Below the pieces are notes generated by a model, which made no database searches, was not told the origin of the DNA, and was given only the letters and a program-made list of their open reading frames with translations. A stretch of DNA of 64,000 bases from a virus. This document shows, one piece after another, positions 19,774 to 29,388 of this stretch; the stretch's first letter is position 1; each line of letters starts with the position of its first letter. The stretch is taken from UHGV virus genome UHGV-1370141; one strand, written 5' to 3'. A program made the translations under genes and the position numbers.

Positions 19774-22071
19774 TTACTCCTCATCGAATGTTTCTTCTTC
19801 ATCTTCCTCCTCATCATCCTCACCTGCCCTTTCTGATTTCTTGACATACTGTACTTCCGCAAGCTCTTTATACAATCCTTCGTCTTCAGCGGTTTTATCG
19901 TAGAAATCCGACAGTAAACGCATACGGTTTTTATCCATCATGAACACACCTAAGCATTCAAGGATGTGATAGTACGGTTCTACGGTGGAGAACGCCGTGC
20001 GACGAATGTCCGCAATTTCGATCAATTCTTTAGGAATACCGTAGTTCTCTACTAAGTGCTCTGGCAGAATCAACGTTTTGTATTTACGGAAATTGTTTTC
20101 CTCAAACCACGCGGTTGCACCGTTTCGGATAATCGGATCTTCGATGCTGTCCAACCACTCTTTAATCTTGGTTTTGTTTTCTAAAACCACCGGTAGTTTT
20201 ACAGCGTCGTAAGGCGGTTCTTCCAAATGGCCAAACTTCGGACCAAAGATGGCGTTGTACATTCGATGATAGTGATAGTTTTTCTCGTCCTTCTCGTTAT
20301 AAGCGCTACGTTCCTTAATGTTCGTTGTTTTCAGATAGCCCGGATTACCCGAACGAATGGAATCCATAATGGTGTGTTCAATCTGCGCAACCTTTTCCAG
20401 TAACGGAATGATTTCAATCTGGTCACCACGTGCGACGACTTCACACAGTCCTTTAATAGTATTCTTAAACTCCTTCATGATAATCGGTGGAATGTTCGAG
20501 GTACGTAAAGACACCCCTTTTACTTCCAGCTCGGGATCTTTTTTCAACTGACCTTCCTGACCGGTAATCAGTGAGAAGTAGTGTTTTGCTTTAGTCGTTA
20601 ATGCAAACGAATCGAACTTAAATTCGTTCTTCATCGCGTACAAGAACAGACGTTCTTTCGCTACACCGATATTCGCAGACATACTCGCCATCAGGTGACG
20701 GAGGTGTTGCGTTGCAATATAAATCATTGCATTGGATACACGAGTTGCTTCTTCACCGTAATGCTTACCAGTATACCAAACCGCCCACCATTGTGCAGTC
20801 ATCATTGTAGAGTCGGTATCTGAAACCACACCTACCCGACGAACCACATCCGGCATTCTTGCGATATTAATCGGTAAGTTTTTAGTGGTCAGGATATTGC
20901 GAATTAAAAGTGCGTACTTACCGATGGTTTTCTGTAAGAACAGTGCGGAACGAATCAGCTCCTTATAGTCGTCCTGCTGATCCCACGGTAATGGCTTTTT
21001 CTTATCGTCGAGTTTCTTAACGTGGCTGAACGCTTTGCCCATCGGCACCACGTCAGTACGGAACTGGGAGATGATGATCTGCATGTCACCATCAATGGTT
21101 TTTTCCGCAGCATCCCAGTCTTCGACTTCGTCAATCATCTCACGAGAAATCAACGCGGTAATAAAACCACGCATGAACTGATCGTTGTACTTCGCAAGAT
21201 GATAAAAATCACCCATGTAAACAAATGCCGCGCGAGTGAGCGGAGAAACATTTGATACATAGTGCTCAACAAACTCCATCCCCTCTTCGTTCTTGAAATA
21301 AAAGTCCGCAGAGTAATGAATCACGTCCATCACTTCTTCTACGGTCGGATAATGAAGCTCGTACGTATCCATACATTTCTTGAAGCTATTCCAATCGGTT
21401 AACGTGCCGATGGACAAGAAATGATCGATGATACGTGACGGTGTGTCGTAATGACGATTACCGCCTAATAAACGTTCGTTACCTGCGTTACCGAATGAGG
21501 TTGCAGTACGGCAGGTTGATGTTAAAACAGAGTGTGAAGACTGGTTAAAGATGATCGTGTACGGAGAAGAGAATGCGCCCGACATCCCGTTGTTCAGAGT
21601 CTTGACTGCGTTCTGTTCATTCTTTTTGTTAATCTGTAAAACTCTATTACCTGCTGCTTCGGCAGCAAACATCTCTTTTTTCACCGCTGCACGTTTAGCT
21701 ACGTTAGCGGCAGTGAATTCTGATAGCTTGGAACGTTTGATGTGTTCTGGGATATAAAACGTTAACGACGGTGCGGAGATAATCTGTTTATCGATTACGG
21801 TTTTAAACAGTTTATCAACAGTTGTGTATTTCTCTTCACGGTCTCCTGTTTTCTGATTACGCACCCACATCTTACACAGCGGTGATTCGGTTGATAACTC
21901 ACCGCCAGGTGCCAACATCTCGTCAACTTCTTTACGACATAATTCCAAAGGGTATTTTTGTGCGGTTACGTTGTGAATGTATAGCGCAACCTGTTCACGA
22001 TAAGCATCGTTAATATCGATATCACGATGGTACTCGTCTACCGATAAACGAAAAGGAGAATTGTATTCCAC
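19774..22071 (-). CDS. DNA polymerase-like protein (family B-like palm motifs), acidic C-terminal tail
   Basis: VGVVSDTDSTMM resembles motif C (YGDTDS); KAKHYFS about 55 aa later resembles the KxY motif; EVKGVSLRTSNIPP resembles KIMGLETQKSSTP of T4-family polymerases; ends ERAGEDDEEEDEEETFDEE. Motifs A/B and exonuclease motifs not recognised. Confidence 0.4.
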   Translation of the reverse strand: MEYNSPFRLSVDEYHRDIDINDAYREQVALYIHNVTAQKYPLELCRKEVDEMLAPGGELSTESPLCKMWVRNQKTGDREEKYTTVDKLFKTVIDKQIISAPSLTFYIPEHIKRSKLSEFTAANVAKRAAVKKEMFAAEAAGNRVLQINKKNEQNAVKTLNNGMSGAFSSPYTIIFNQSSHSVLTSTCRTATSFGNAGNERLLGGNRHYDTPSRIIDHFLSIGTLTDWNSFKKCMDTYELHYPTVEEVMDVIHYSADFYFKNEEGMEFVEHYVSNVSPLTRAAFVYMGDFYHLAKYNDQFMRGFITALISREMIDEVEDWDAAEKTIDGDMQIIISQFRTDVVPMGKAFSHVKKLDDKKKPLPWDQQDDYKELIRSALFLQKTIGKYALLIRNILTTKNLPINIARMPDVVRRVGVVSDTDSTMMTAQWWAVWYTGKHYGEEATRVSNAMIYIATQHLRHLMASMSANIGVAKERLFLYAMKNEFKFDSFALTTKAKHYFSLITGQEGQLKKDPELEVKGVSLRTSNIPPIIMKEFKNTIKGLCEVVARGDQIEIIPLLEKVAQIEHTIMDSIRSGNPGYLKTTNIKERSAYNEKDEKNYHYHRMYNAIFGPKFGHLEEPPYDAVKLPVVLENKTKIKEWLDSIEDPIIRNGATAWFEENNFRKYKTLILPEHLVENYGIPKELIEIADIRRTAFSTVEPYYHILECLGVFMMDKNRMRLLSDFYDKTAEDEGLYKELAEVQYVKKSERAGEDDEEEDEEETFDEE

Positions 22072-22124
22072 GGCTGTCCCCGAAAAAGGCAGTTTAACTC
22101 GGCTATAAGGATGGCAGGTAACGT

Positions 22125-22166
22125 GAAAAAAGAAAAAAAAAATAAACCCTCTCCGAAGAGAGGGTC
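22125..22166 (-). terminator. rho-independent terminator
   Basis: Hairpin accctctc-cgaa-gagagggt followed on minus strand by a long T-run, downstream of the 22173..22586 gene. Confidence 0.6.
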
Positions 22167-22172
22167 TTAACT

Positions 22173-22586
22173 TTAACCGGCTTCGTTTTCAATGATTTCG
22201 ATTTCGACGTCATTGAATCCGCGTGCGTTGAGCGCTGCTACCAGATCGTCTTTTTCTTGTTTGTTGTCCAACTGAACCACAAACCGTGCAGTGAGGCTTT
22301 TCACCACACGAACTTCACGTACCCACGCATCCGCAGTGACGCCGATGCGGTTACTGGAGTCCTTAAACAACATGTAGTTGTACGCGGTCAAATCGTTAAC
22401 CGGTTGTCCAACCAAAGACGAGTAAATGTTTTTCTGGATAGCGGCTAAATCTTCACCTGAGTTTTTAGCGAGCTCATAACCCACCTTTGACGCGAGTACA
22501 CGGACTCGCGTTTCGTTACCACGTAACGGGGTATCGTAAACGATGTTTACAATTGAACCCGGTTCGATGTTACTGAAGTCGTACAT
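22173..22586 (-). CDS. hypothetical protein (last gene of a 9-gene array)
   Basis: 137-aa ORF. Confidence 0.5.
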   Translation of the reverse strand: MYDFSNIEPGSIVNIVYDTPLRGNETRVRVLASKVGYELAKNSGEDLAAIQKNIYSSLVGQPVNDLTAYNYMLFKDSSNRIGVTADAWVREVRVVKSLTARFVVQLDNKQEKDDLVAALNARGFNDVEIEIIENEAG

Positions 22587-22589
22587 TTT

Positions 22590-23192
22590 TCACCCTTTCA
22601 TTTTAATCAAGAATGTAAATGACAAGAACAAACTACCCTGACCATAACCCGGATTATAGACTTTAATAGCAAGTTCCAGTCCAGAGACTTTTCCCTTATG
22701 CGCTGTACGAAACAGTTCTAAAGCAGGTCGACATTTCTCGTCAAACATTCTGACCAGCTCCTCACGAAACGTCTCAACAGCGTGCTCACGAAGAACATCC
22801 CAAGAGGAATCGCCTTGCAATTTACAGAACTCGTAAATTTCCAAAAGTGGTTTCATGTCATCGAGAACTGCGTCTGTATAACAGGTCTCCATCATTGACA
22901 TGAAATTCCACTGTCGATATTCCTTATTCAACCCTTTTAGGTATTTATCGAGTTTGGCTAACTCATTCTTGTTACCAGGAAACTTAATCGTACCGGAACG
23001 CTCGTTCAAGCATTTGTTGAAAATGCGCGTGACGTCATCGGGATTTTCAATATCCGTAGGTAATGAAATCGTTAGCTGGTCAAACAAATTCATCGATTTT
23101 ATCAGTAACTCTTTATAGAAGTCACCGCCGGAAACATATTCCAGTAAACCTAAATTCGGCTGAACAAAGTGATCGCCACGCACTTTATACAT
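22590..23192 (-). CDS. hypothetical protein
   Basis: 200-aa ORF; 3-nt spacing to next gene. Confidence 0.5.
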   Translation of the reverse strand: MYKVRGDHFVQPNLGLLEYVSGGDFYKELLIKSMNLFDQLTISLPTDIENPDDVTRIFNKCLNERSGTIKFPGNKNELAKLDKYLKGLNKEYRQWNFMSMMETCYTDAVLDDMKPLLEIYEFCKLQGDSSWDVLREHAVETFREELVRMFDEKCRPALELFRTAHKGKVSGLELAIKVYNPGYGQGSLFLSFTFLIKMKG

Positions 23193-23624
23193 TCAAACCT
23201 CTACTCGAATAAAACCTTTTCCCATCTCTTTCATAAACAAAGAGACTCTCGACCTTTTTGATCCTTCCTCTGCGGTATAGCCGCTTTCTCGCCACAAACT
23301 CTCCACCAACAAACGTATACGATGGTAGTCGATGCCTTTATCAATCTCTTCCCACATTAAAGAATGCGAAAAGATAATAACCTCATCTTCAGGATACATT
23401 TGTGACAACTGGGTGAGAATAAAATAGCGGTTGGGCGGGATGAACGTCAAAAACGTTTCACCCTCGCCCATCCGTTTAACGATAGAGCGTACCGATTCCT
23501 CAGCATACTTCGCCAGAAACAGATACGCCAAATCAGGTTTCACTTTACATTGATCCGCCATTTTAACTCGCGAAAGCAGTTGGTCCCGAAAGAACACTTC
23601 CGAAACTTCCATATAGAGTATCAT
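23193..23624 (-). CDS. hypothetical protein
   Basis: 143-aa ORF; true start may be an internal Met (M22, about 23561) because the track start overlaps the upstream gene by about 60 nt. Confidence 0.45.
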   Translation of the reverse strand: MILYMEVSEVFFRDQLLSRVKMADQCKVKPDLAYLFLAKYAEESVRSIVKRMGEGETFLTFIPPNRYFILTQLSQMYPEDEVIIFSHSLMWEEIDKGIDYHRIRLLVESLWRESGYTAEEGSKRSRVSLFMKEMGKGFIRVEV

Positions 23625-24069
23625 AACAGATAATCACCAATTCGCTAAAAGACTCACCTGACCAGTTTTCTAACTGACCTGGGAACATAGAGTTAATAAG
23701 TCCGGCTAACCCTGTTTGTGTTTCCAATTCACGAATGAGAATATCGGCAGCGGTTCCGATTGCGAGAATATGTTGGTCCTCAGTACCCTGCGTGGAAAGG
23801 AAGCTAATACTTTCTACCGTAGTACCTGGGATGGTATTCTCATCATACGCAACGGACATCACCATTTCTTTAAACAGTTCAGGATTACGGCTTTTCACAC
23901 CGATAATGTACGCAGTTGCAAAGTCCTCATAGAGTCGACGTATATCGTACTCTGATACGGACAACCTGCTTGTTTCGAGAACCTGCACTAAAACTTCGCG
24001 CACGGCGTCGTAGAACTTCAACCTGCCGTAATCAAGTACATGTTGTGCTACGTGAAAGTAGTATCTCAT
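23563..24069 (-). CDS. hypothetical protein
   Basis: 168-aa ORF; start abuts stop of the upstream gene. Confidence 0.5.
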   Translation of the reverse strand: MRYYFHVAQHVLDYGRLKFYDAVREVLVQVLETSRLSVSEYDIRRLYEDFATAYIIGVKSRNPELFKEMVMSVAYDENTIPGTTVESISFLSTQGTEDQHILAIGTAADILIRELETQTGLAGLINSMFPGQLENWSGESFSELVIICYDTLYGSFGSVLSGPTAFAS

Positions 24070-24578
24070 TAGAGCATCTTCCCTGCCAAGTTACCGAGCA
24101 ATAACTCAACAACGCTGAGGAGTCCAACCGACATCGTTTGAATAGCCTCAGGGTTCTCGAATTCGGGGTATTTTACCTGTTCGTAACGAACCAGAAACTC
24201 CACAGCACCAGGCTTATTGGTACAATAACGCGCACCTACCCATGTACCAAAACGGGTGAACCAATGCGGGTGACTAGAGACCGCGAGTAAGTACGCTTTG
24301 GCCACATCTTGAACGGCTTTCACATAAGTGAGCGCTCTTTCACCCTCAATGATATACCCCTGGGCATTTAACTCGCGAGAGATAAATTCAATGGTACCCT
24401 GTATCGCAAAACGATCCAGCTTAGGAAACTCCCCAGTTATTCCATACTGAATCGCATAGTTTAACACTTCGTTAAGATCGGTATTGATTTCTCGCAATAT
24501 CGAGTTGGGATCGAATTCGGTTAATGGACCACAAATGAATTGATAGTCCGGGATAATAAAGTAGCTCTCACGCACCAT
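24069..24578 (-). CDS. hypothetical protein
   Basis: 169-aa ORF, overlapping neighbours by a few nt. Confidence 0.5.
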   Translation of the reverse strand: MVRESYFIIPDYQFICGPLTEFDPNSILREINTDLNEVLNYAIQYGITGEFPKLDRFAIQGTIEFISRELNAQGYIIEGERALTYVKAVQDVAKAYLLAVSSHPHWFTRFGTWVGARYCTNKPGAVEFLVRYEQVKYPEFENPEAIQTMSVGLLSVVELLLGNLAGKML

Positions 24579-24972
24579 AAATCACTCCTGTAGTATACAT
24601 TCGCCATACACCACCACCTACATGAAACAGAAGAAAATCTGATTTCGGTAAGAATGGGACTTCTTCCTCTAAGCGTGCCCATAACGACTTAGAGGCTAAC
24701 AGCTCGGTTTCAATAACATGATTAAGGCAGTAACTGTTCGGTTTCTCCAACTCAACGATGGGATACCGCTTCATTATATCTAAGAACAACTCTTGAACTG
24801 TCCGCTTATCGATTTGGAACTTCCGTCGCATCACTTCCAGTCTTACTAACTGTTCGACATAATAGTCCACAGTATCCGCCACATCGAGGTACTGAAGAAA
24901 CGCTGTCCGTTTAACTACTTTTAGAATCTCTGCGGTTGTCCACGGAAACTCAATAAAGATCGTCATAGGCAT
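24568..24972 (-). CDS. hypothetical protein
   Basis: 134-aa ORF. Confidence 0.5.
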   Translation of the reverse strand: MPMTIFIEFPWTTAEILKVVKRTAFLQYLDVADTVDYYVEQLVRLEVMRRKFQIDKRTVQELFLDIMKRYPIVELEKPNSYCLNHVIETELLASKSLWARLEEEVPFLPKSDFLLFHVGGGVWRMYTTGVIYGA

Positions 24973-25384
24973 CAGTTACCTTCTTTGGAATAAATCGGAG
25001 GAAGTGTCCGTCTAAACGAAAGTAGAAACGCCAGCCGCGTGGAGGAATGCCCATTTCCTCGCACAACGCGTTTCGTACATAACTCGTTATCAAACGAACA
25101 TCTTCTTCCGTTGATTTCGGTCTAAACGACCTGACTATCGTGGTCACACAATGAGTATCCCATAAACCGGTCTCTGTAAAGTTCGGTATGAGATACTCAA
25201 GTAATGACAGAATCACGTACTTCAGTTGTTCCGCATCTGTACCAGAATACGACGACAACCTATCGTCCGCGAGTATGCGTTGGTACGCTTTATACGTCAC
25301 GTGTTCGAGTAGGGTGATTCGGATCGTATCTTTTTTCTGGGAAACAGTTGCGGTAGTGGACAAATCGGATATCTTCTCCAACAC
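24950..25384 (-). CDS. hypothetical protein
   Basis: 144-aa ORF. Confidence 0.5.
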   Translation of the reverse strand: MLEKISDLSTTATVSQKKDTIRITLLEHVTYKAYQRILADDRLSSYSGTDAEQLKYVILSLLEYLIPNFTETGLWDTHCVTTIVRSFRPKSTEEDVRLITSYVRNALCEEMGIPPRGWRFYFRLDGHFLRFIPKKVTDAYDDLY

Positions 25385-25919
25385 GAAGCTCCATCATTGC
25401 AATCTGGCCACGTGGTGTTAAGTGGGGTTCTATCTCAACCGTAAGGTAAGGATTAAACGGTTGGTTTACCGCCTCGAACCCTTGCTTTACTAATTGCTCA
25501 ACCTCACACAACAACACATCGTAACAATCATCAAAAGCCAATCCCAATAGATACGACTTTGGACGTAAAACACAAACTTCACGCTGTTCAAACCCTACGG
25601 GTGTTTCGCCAAACACGGTCTGTTCAATACGTAACCGACGCGTTTGGATCGTTTTCGGTGGGCTCATTTTGCCACTGTTCACCAGAAGGTTCGTCAATAC
25701 AAAAGAATCTGTGTAGTCTTCTAAAAAGTCCGGTAATCGTGTATTAGGCATTCGCGGAATAGAATAAAAAATGTCCTCCAATGCAGTGTGTATCAGTTGT
25801 ACAGTAACGGCCTGTTTCTCCTTTACGGTCATCCGCAAAGCGGGAGCGTAGGTTGTTTCTTCCACCGCTGCCCAGAAGTTATGATAAACTGTAGCTGGAT
25901 TGAAGTGTATTTTGACCAC
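25290..25919 (-). CDS. hypothetical protein
   Basis: 209-aa ORF; N-terminus overlaps the upstream ORF, true start possibly internal. Confidence 0.45.
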   Translation of the reverse strand: MVKIHFNPATVYHNFWAAVEETTYAPALRMTVKEKQAVTVQLIHTALEDIFYSIPRMPNTRLPDFLEDYTDSFVLTNLLVNSGKMSPPKTIQTRRLRIEQTVFGETPVGFEQREVCVLRPKSYLLGLAFDDCYDVLLCEVEQLVKQGFEAVNQPFNPYLTVEIEPHLTPRGQIAMMELRVGEDIRFVHYRNCFPEKRYDPNHPTRTRDV

Positions 25920-26152
25920 GTTTGCACAACTCCGTTTTTGTAAGAAAATGGACTGGAATGGTCACGACCTAAAGCACCAATCATAAACCAAGCGTCCGAA
26001 CCAAAATATCTTTCTGCAATCTTTAAGCAATCGCTGGGTAGGTTGTGTATCCCAGGATAAATCAGTTCCTGCATCGCTGTTAGAATTTCCTCAGGACGAT
26101 AGCGAACTGAATGGCTAGAGTCTGGCAGAAAACCAAAAAGTACGCGCGACAT
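25829..26152 (-). CDS. hypothetical protein (first gene of the 9-gene array)
   Basis: Track ORF 25829..26227 trimmed to the ATG at 26152 (M26), which is preceded by AAAGGAG; promoter motif further upstream. Confidence 0.5.
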   Translation of the reverse strand: MSRVLFGFLPDSSHSVRYRPEEILTAMQELIYPGIHNLPSDCLKIAERYFGSDAWFMIGALGRDHSSPFSYKNGVVQTWSKYTSIQLQFIITSGQRWKKQPTLPLCG

Positions 26153-26179
26153 TAACTTTAAATACTCCTTTAAGGGAAC

Positions 26180-26203
26180 ATCACAGAGATAATATCTATA
26201 CGA
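26180..26203 (-). promoter_or_regulatory. recurrent promoter-like motif (coding strand CGTATAGATATTATCTCTGTGATG)
   Basis: About 30 nt upstream of the SD of the first gene of the small-gene array. Approximate. Confidence 0.4.
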
Positions 26204-26318
26204 AAAAAGTTCGAGTATAGTGCGCACAGGAAGGGCATAGAGTGTATTTTTTAGTAGTGGTGTAGTTACCCATTACCCGATCCTATGAACCGTTTTACAG
26301 AGCTAACAGGAGCACACA

Positions 26319-27131
26319 ATGAGTGTCATCGACTACTGTCTACGGAGAATACGTCGAGAGATTCCAGAACCGATTCTTCGCGCTGCGTTTGTACCCAAAA
26401 ATCTTCGCTATTACGGTGTTGCGTCTTCCTTAGATAACGAGATTACTGAAAAGGTATTTAAAGAATACCTTATCCCAGAAGTTTCCCGTCTAGGTCAATA
26501 CACCGAAATCGACCTCCAAGGTTTACCTTTTGAGAACGACACCCAGGATTACTACTCACGTATCTATTACCTGGATGACATTAAGACCGGGGGTAGACCG
26601 ATACTGGACGTCCACATTGCCGTAACGCCGGTGGCAGGGCAAGCGTACACCTTACCCCCAGCAGGATCTTATTTAGACGGGGCAACTTCAGGGGTGCTGG
26701 CCTCCACGCAACAAGTAGTGGATAGTCAATCTGCAATGCCGCGTATCTCCTCACCCGAAGTTAAGAAACTTGGGCCGAACACCATCAAAATCAAAGACCC
26801 AGGAATGTTCGTCTACGCAACTAAGCTTCAAGTTAAGTTTGCAATGTCTGATGACTTAAACGAAATCAAACCGGCCTTCTATCCGGTAGTTGCAGATATG
26901 GCACTGTACGCCACTAAGCAGGTCATCTACAACAAAATGATTTTCGATATGGATTCAGGTCATCTTGAAAACGGTATGGAGTTCGGGGCGTTTAAAAACG
27001 TTATCGAAGGCTATTCCGACGCCGGGGAAATGTTCAACGACAACCTACCACGCCTACAGCGTGCGATGGTTCACAACGACGACGCAGGCAACCGTTACAA
27101 CTACATGTCTGGCGGTCGTTTCAAATCTTAA
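26319..27131 (+). CDS. hypothetical protein
   Basis: 270-aa plus-strand ORF followed by a bidirectional terminator. Confidence 0.55.
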   Translation: MSVIDYCLRRIRREIPEPILRAAFVPKNLRYYGVASSLDNEITEKVFKEYLIPEVSRLGQYTEIDLQGLPFENDTQDYYSRIYYLDDIKTGGRPILDVHIAVTPVAGQAYTLPPAGSYLDGATSGVLASTQQVVDSQSAMPRISSPEVKKLGPNTIKIKDPGMFVYATKLQVKFAMSDDLNEIKPAFYPVVADMALYATKQVIYNKMIFDMDSGHLENGMEFGAFKNVIEGYSDAGEMFNDNLPRLQRAMVHNDDAGNRYNYMSGGRFKS

Positions 27132-27186
27132 CAAAAAAAGAAAACCTACCCACTACTCCGTTCGAGTAGTGGGTCTTATCGTTTTC
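27131..27186. terminator. bidirectional rho-independent terminator
   Basis: 10-bp hairpin cccactactc-cgttc-gagtagtggg flanked by A-run and T-run, between convergent genes. Confidence 0.6.
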
Positions 27187-27565
27187 ACTGCAACATATTT
27201 TTTAAATGACATGCGGTTCCTGTTGTCCATGCCACACCGTTGCGAATGTTTTCAGGTTGGGCATTCACAAGTCGACGTAAAGAAATGATATTCTCCGCAG
27301 GGCCAGCAATCGGTAAGCTGTACGGAACCGTCATCTCTGCCATATATTGCACGACATCATCGTAACCCTCAGGTACACCCCAGTCGATGACTGAACCTTC
27401 AGCAATATCGCTGTAGCGTGTATTTTTGTATTCGTCAGGATGTAATACAAACCCCCACTCTAAAGACGAGATAAGTTTTTTGTCTAACTCGCACCGTAGA
27501 GTAATTTTACTCAATGCGTCCGGGTGCACCAAAATCACGTCCAGCGGACGCAGTGTAGTATTCAT
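27185..27565 (-). CDS. hypothetical protein
   Basis: 126-aa ORF. Confidence 0.5.
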   Translation of the reverse strand: MNTTLRPLDVILVHPDALSKITLRCELDKKLISSLEWGFVLHPDEYKNTRYSDIAEGSVIDWGVPEGYDDVVQYMAEMTVPYSLPIAGPAENIISLRRLVNAQPENIRNGVAWTTGTACHLKNMLQ

Positions 27566-27584
27566 TTTTCTCTCCCACTATAAC

Positions 27585-27986
27585 TCAATGGACATTAGAC
27601 AGCTTATTGGTTGCCTGGTACTGGAAACTACAGATTGCATCCAATAACACAGAGAAAGCTTCCATAACGGTAATCTGTTGGTTTATAACAGCATGACTGA
27701 TTTCAACCATAAACGACTGTACAAACTTTGATGTTGTAGCACAGACTTCGTTTCGGGTAATGTGATAATTCGTCCTGATAACAGGGACATCTTCATGCAT
27801 TAAAACAGAAGACACATCTTCAGACTCCATGCTATCAAACCATTCTTTAAAAGCAGGGTATTCAGTAATAATCGGCATTAGCATGTAGATAACATGAAAC
27901 CCCAATCGACTACGAATTGCAACTTCGTTCGGAAAACGCTTTTGTTCTAGTAAACTATAAAAATCGTATTGTGGTTGTTCGTTCAC
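27585..27986 (-). CDS. hypothetical protein
   Basis: 133-aa ORF. Confidence 0.5.
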   Translation of the reverse strand: MNEQPQYDFYSLLEQKRFPNEVAIRSRLGFHVIYMLMPIITEYPAFKEWFDSMESEDVSSVLMHEDVPVIRTNYHITRNEVCATTSKFVQSFMVEISHAVINQQITVMEAFSVLLDAICSFQYQATNKLSNVH

Positions 27987-28020
27987 GGTACCACCTCCTA
28001 TAAATACATACCAGTACCGT

Positions 28021-28053
28021 AAAAATCAAAAAAAATGGGGACACGCAGTCCCC
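28021..28053 (-). terminator. rho-independent terminator
   Basis: Hairpin ggggac-acgca-gtcccc preceded on plus strand by a long A-run (T-run on minus), downstream of the 28080..28520 gene. Confidence 0.55.
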
Positions 28054-28079
28054 AAACACCCTCTATAGCTGATTTATAG

Positions 28080-28520
28080 TTATACTAATTCGGCAACGTG
28101 TCGTTCGTGGTAGAGCTCTGCTAACTGCTTCGTTTTAATACGTAACTCACCTCTGTCGTAAACTAATACCCGACCTGCCCCGTTTGTTCCTAACTCGGTA
28201 TAAATCGCTAAACCGTACCGTCTTACAAATTCAATTGCCGGGAACGTAAATTCTTCACCGTCACAACGAAACACCAACATACACCACGGATTAGGGTTTA
28301 GGTGCTTACGCTCTTTCCCGTCCGCCCACCGTAAACTAAATTCATTCCGATTACGATTCAACACACGTTCAACGAATCGCTCTACTAACTTACCGGTTGG
28401 CCCATCTTCAGGTAACGCTTGCCACACGGAGAAATGTCGTGACAGAAACGGACGAATAACCGCCGCTTCTTCGAATGAATAACCCATACCCATTAATCCT
28501 TCAATCGCATCTAATTTCAT
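28080..28520 (-). CDS. hypothetical protein
   Basis: 146-aa ORF with promoter-like motif upstream. Confidence 0.5.
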   Translation of the reverse strand: MKLDAIEGLMGMGYSFEEAAVIRPFLSRHFSVWQALPEDGPTGKLVERFVERVLNRNRNEFSLRWADGKERKHLNPNPWCMLVFRCDGEEFTFPAIEFVRRYGLAIYTELGTNGAGRVLVYDRGELRIKTKQLAELYHERHVAELV

Positions 28521-28564
28521 TTTATCAGTTCCTAAAAAGTCGAAGTAAACGTTTCACGCGAACA

Positions 28565-28587
28565 CTCACTAAAATAATATCTATCTC
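28565..28587 (-). promoter_or_regulatory. recurrent promoter-like motif (coding strand GAGATAGATATTATTTTAGTGAG)
   Basis: About 50 nt upstream of the 28080..28520 start. Approximate. Confidence 0.45.
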
Positions 28588-28599
28588 TAAAATTTTGCG

Positions 28600-28637
28600 A
28601 TAAAAAAGAATATACCTACCTCCTTTCGGAGGTAGGT
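28600..28637 (-). terminator. rho-independent terminator (ACCTACCTCC/GGAGGTAGGT stem family)
   Basis: Hairpin acctacctcc-tttc-ggaggtaggt with T-run on minus strand, downstream of the 28741..29388 gene; the same stem sequence recurs near 45825. Confidence 0.55.
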
Positions 28638-28740
28638 ACGTTCCCTGGCATCGGCATGAAACTACAGGATTAAACCCTTCAGGGCATGAGAATGGGCATT
28701 CTCGAAGGGCGGGCTTTAGCTTTCGGCAGAGCTAAACTGG

Positions 28741-29388
28741 TTATCTCAGGTTATCGATGGTTTTACCTTCACTGTTCATGATGTAAACCGCATCACCTGG
28801 ATAGAAAAATTCGTAAGCATCGTCGACATGTAACACGCCGATAGCCTCGTCAACAGAGTGCTTACCGCTACGGAGCTGATTCTGATAGAAAGTATCACCG
28901 TCTTCGTTGATCAACTCGCGGACTAATTCGACTTCTTGAGATGGAATTGCAAAAGACATCTCTTCTAGGGTAAACCCTACAAAACGGCACACAAAGTCGA
29001 CTGTTACCCCAGGAACATAAATTTCATCGACGGACGTTTCTCCGGTATCCGGATTAAACGGTCGAATAAAAACGACACGTCCAGATGGTGAGGTAGCTTT
29101 CTGTCCTGGAAATGCCCAGGCCCAACCGTCGGTGTTTTTCAGAAATGGGTAAATGGCAGTCAACGTTGACGCTATAAGCAGAGGATCTAACCCTATCAGG
29201 GTCTCATACTCAATCCGAGTGGGTTTTCTCGGCAAATCGATGGCGCTGTTAAAACATAATTCGTTATTTTCGCCGTTAACGACTTTAAGTGCTTCTTTGT
29301 AAACACGGGACATTTTGTCACCTAAACGTACACGTTCGTGTACAGTGATGACTCGATCACCGTTAATGATACGTTTAACTGTAAGCAT
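28741..29388 (-). CDS. hypothetical protein
   Basis: 215-aa ORF. Confidence 0.55.
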   Translation of the reverse strand: MLTVKRIINGDRVITVHERVRLGDKMSRVYKEALKVVNGENNELCFNSAIDLPRKPTRIEYETLIGLDPLLIASTLTAIYPFLKNTDGWAWAFPGQKATSPSGRVVFIRPFNPDTGETSVDEIYVPGVTVDFVCRFVGFTLEEMSFAIPSQEVELVRELINEDGDTFYQNQLRSGKHSVDEAIGVLHVDDAYEFFYPGDAVYIMNSEGKTIDNLR

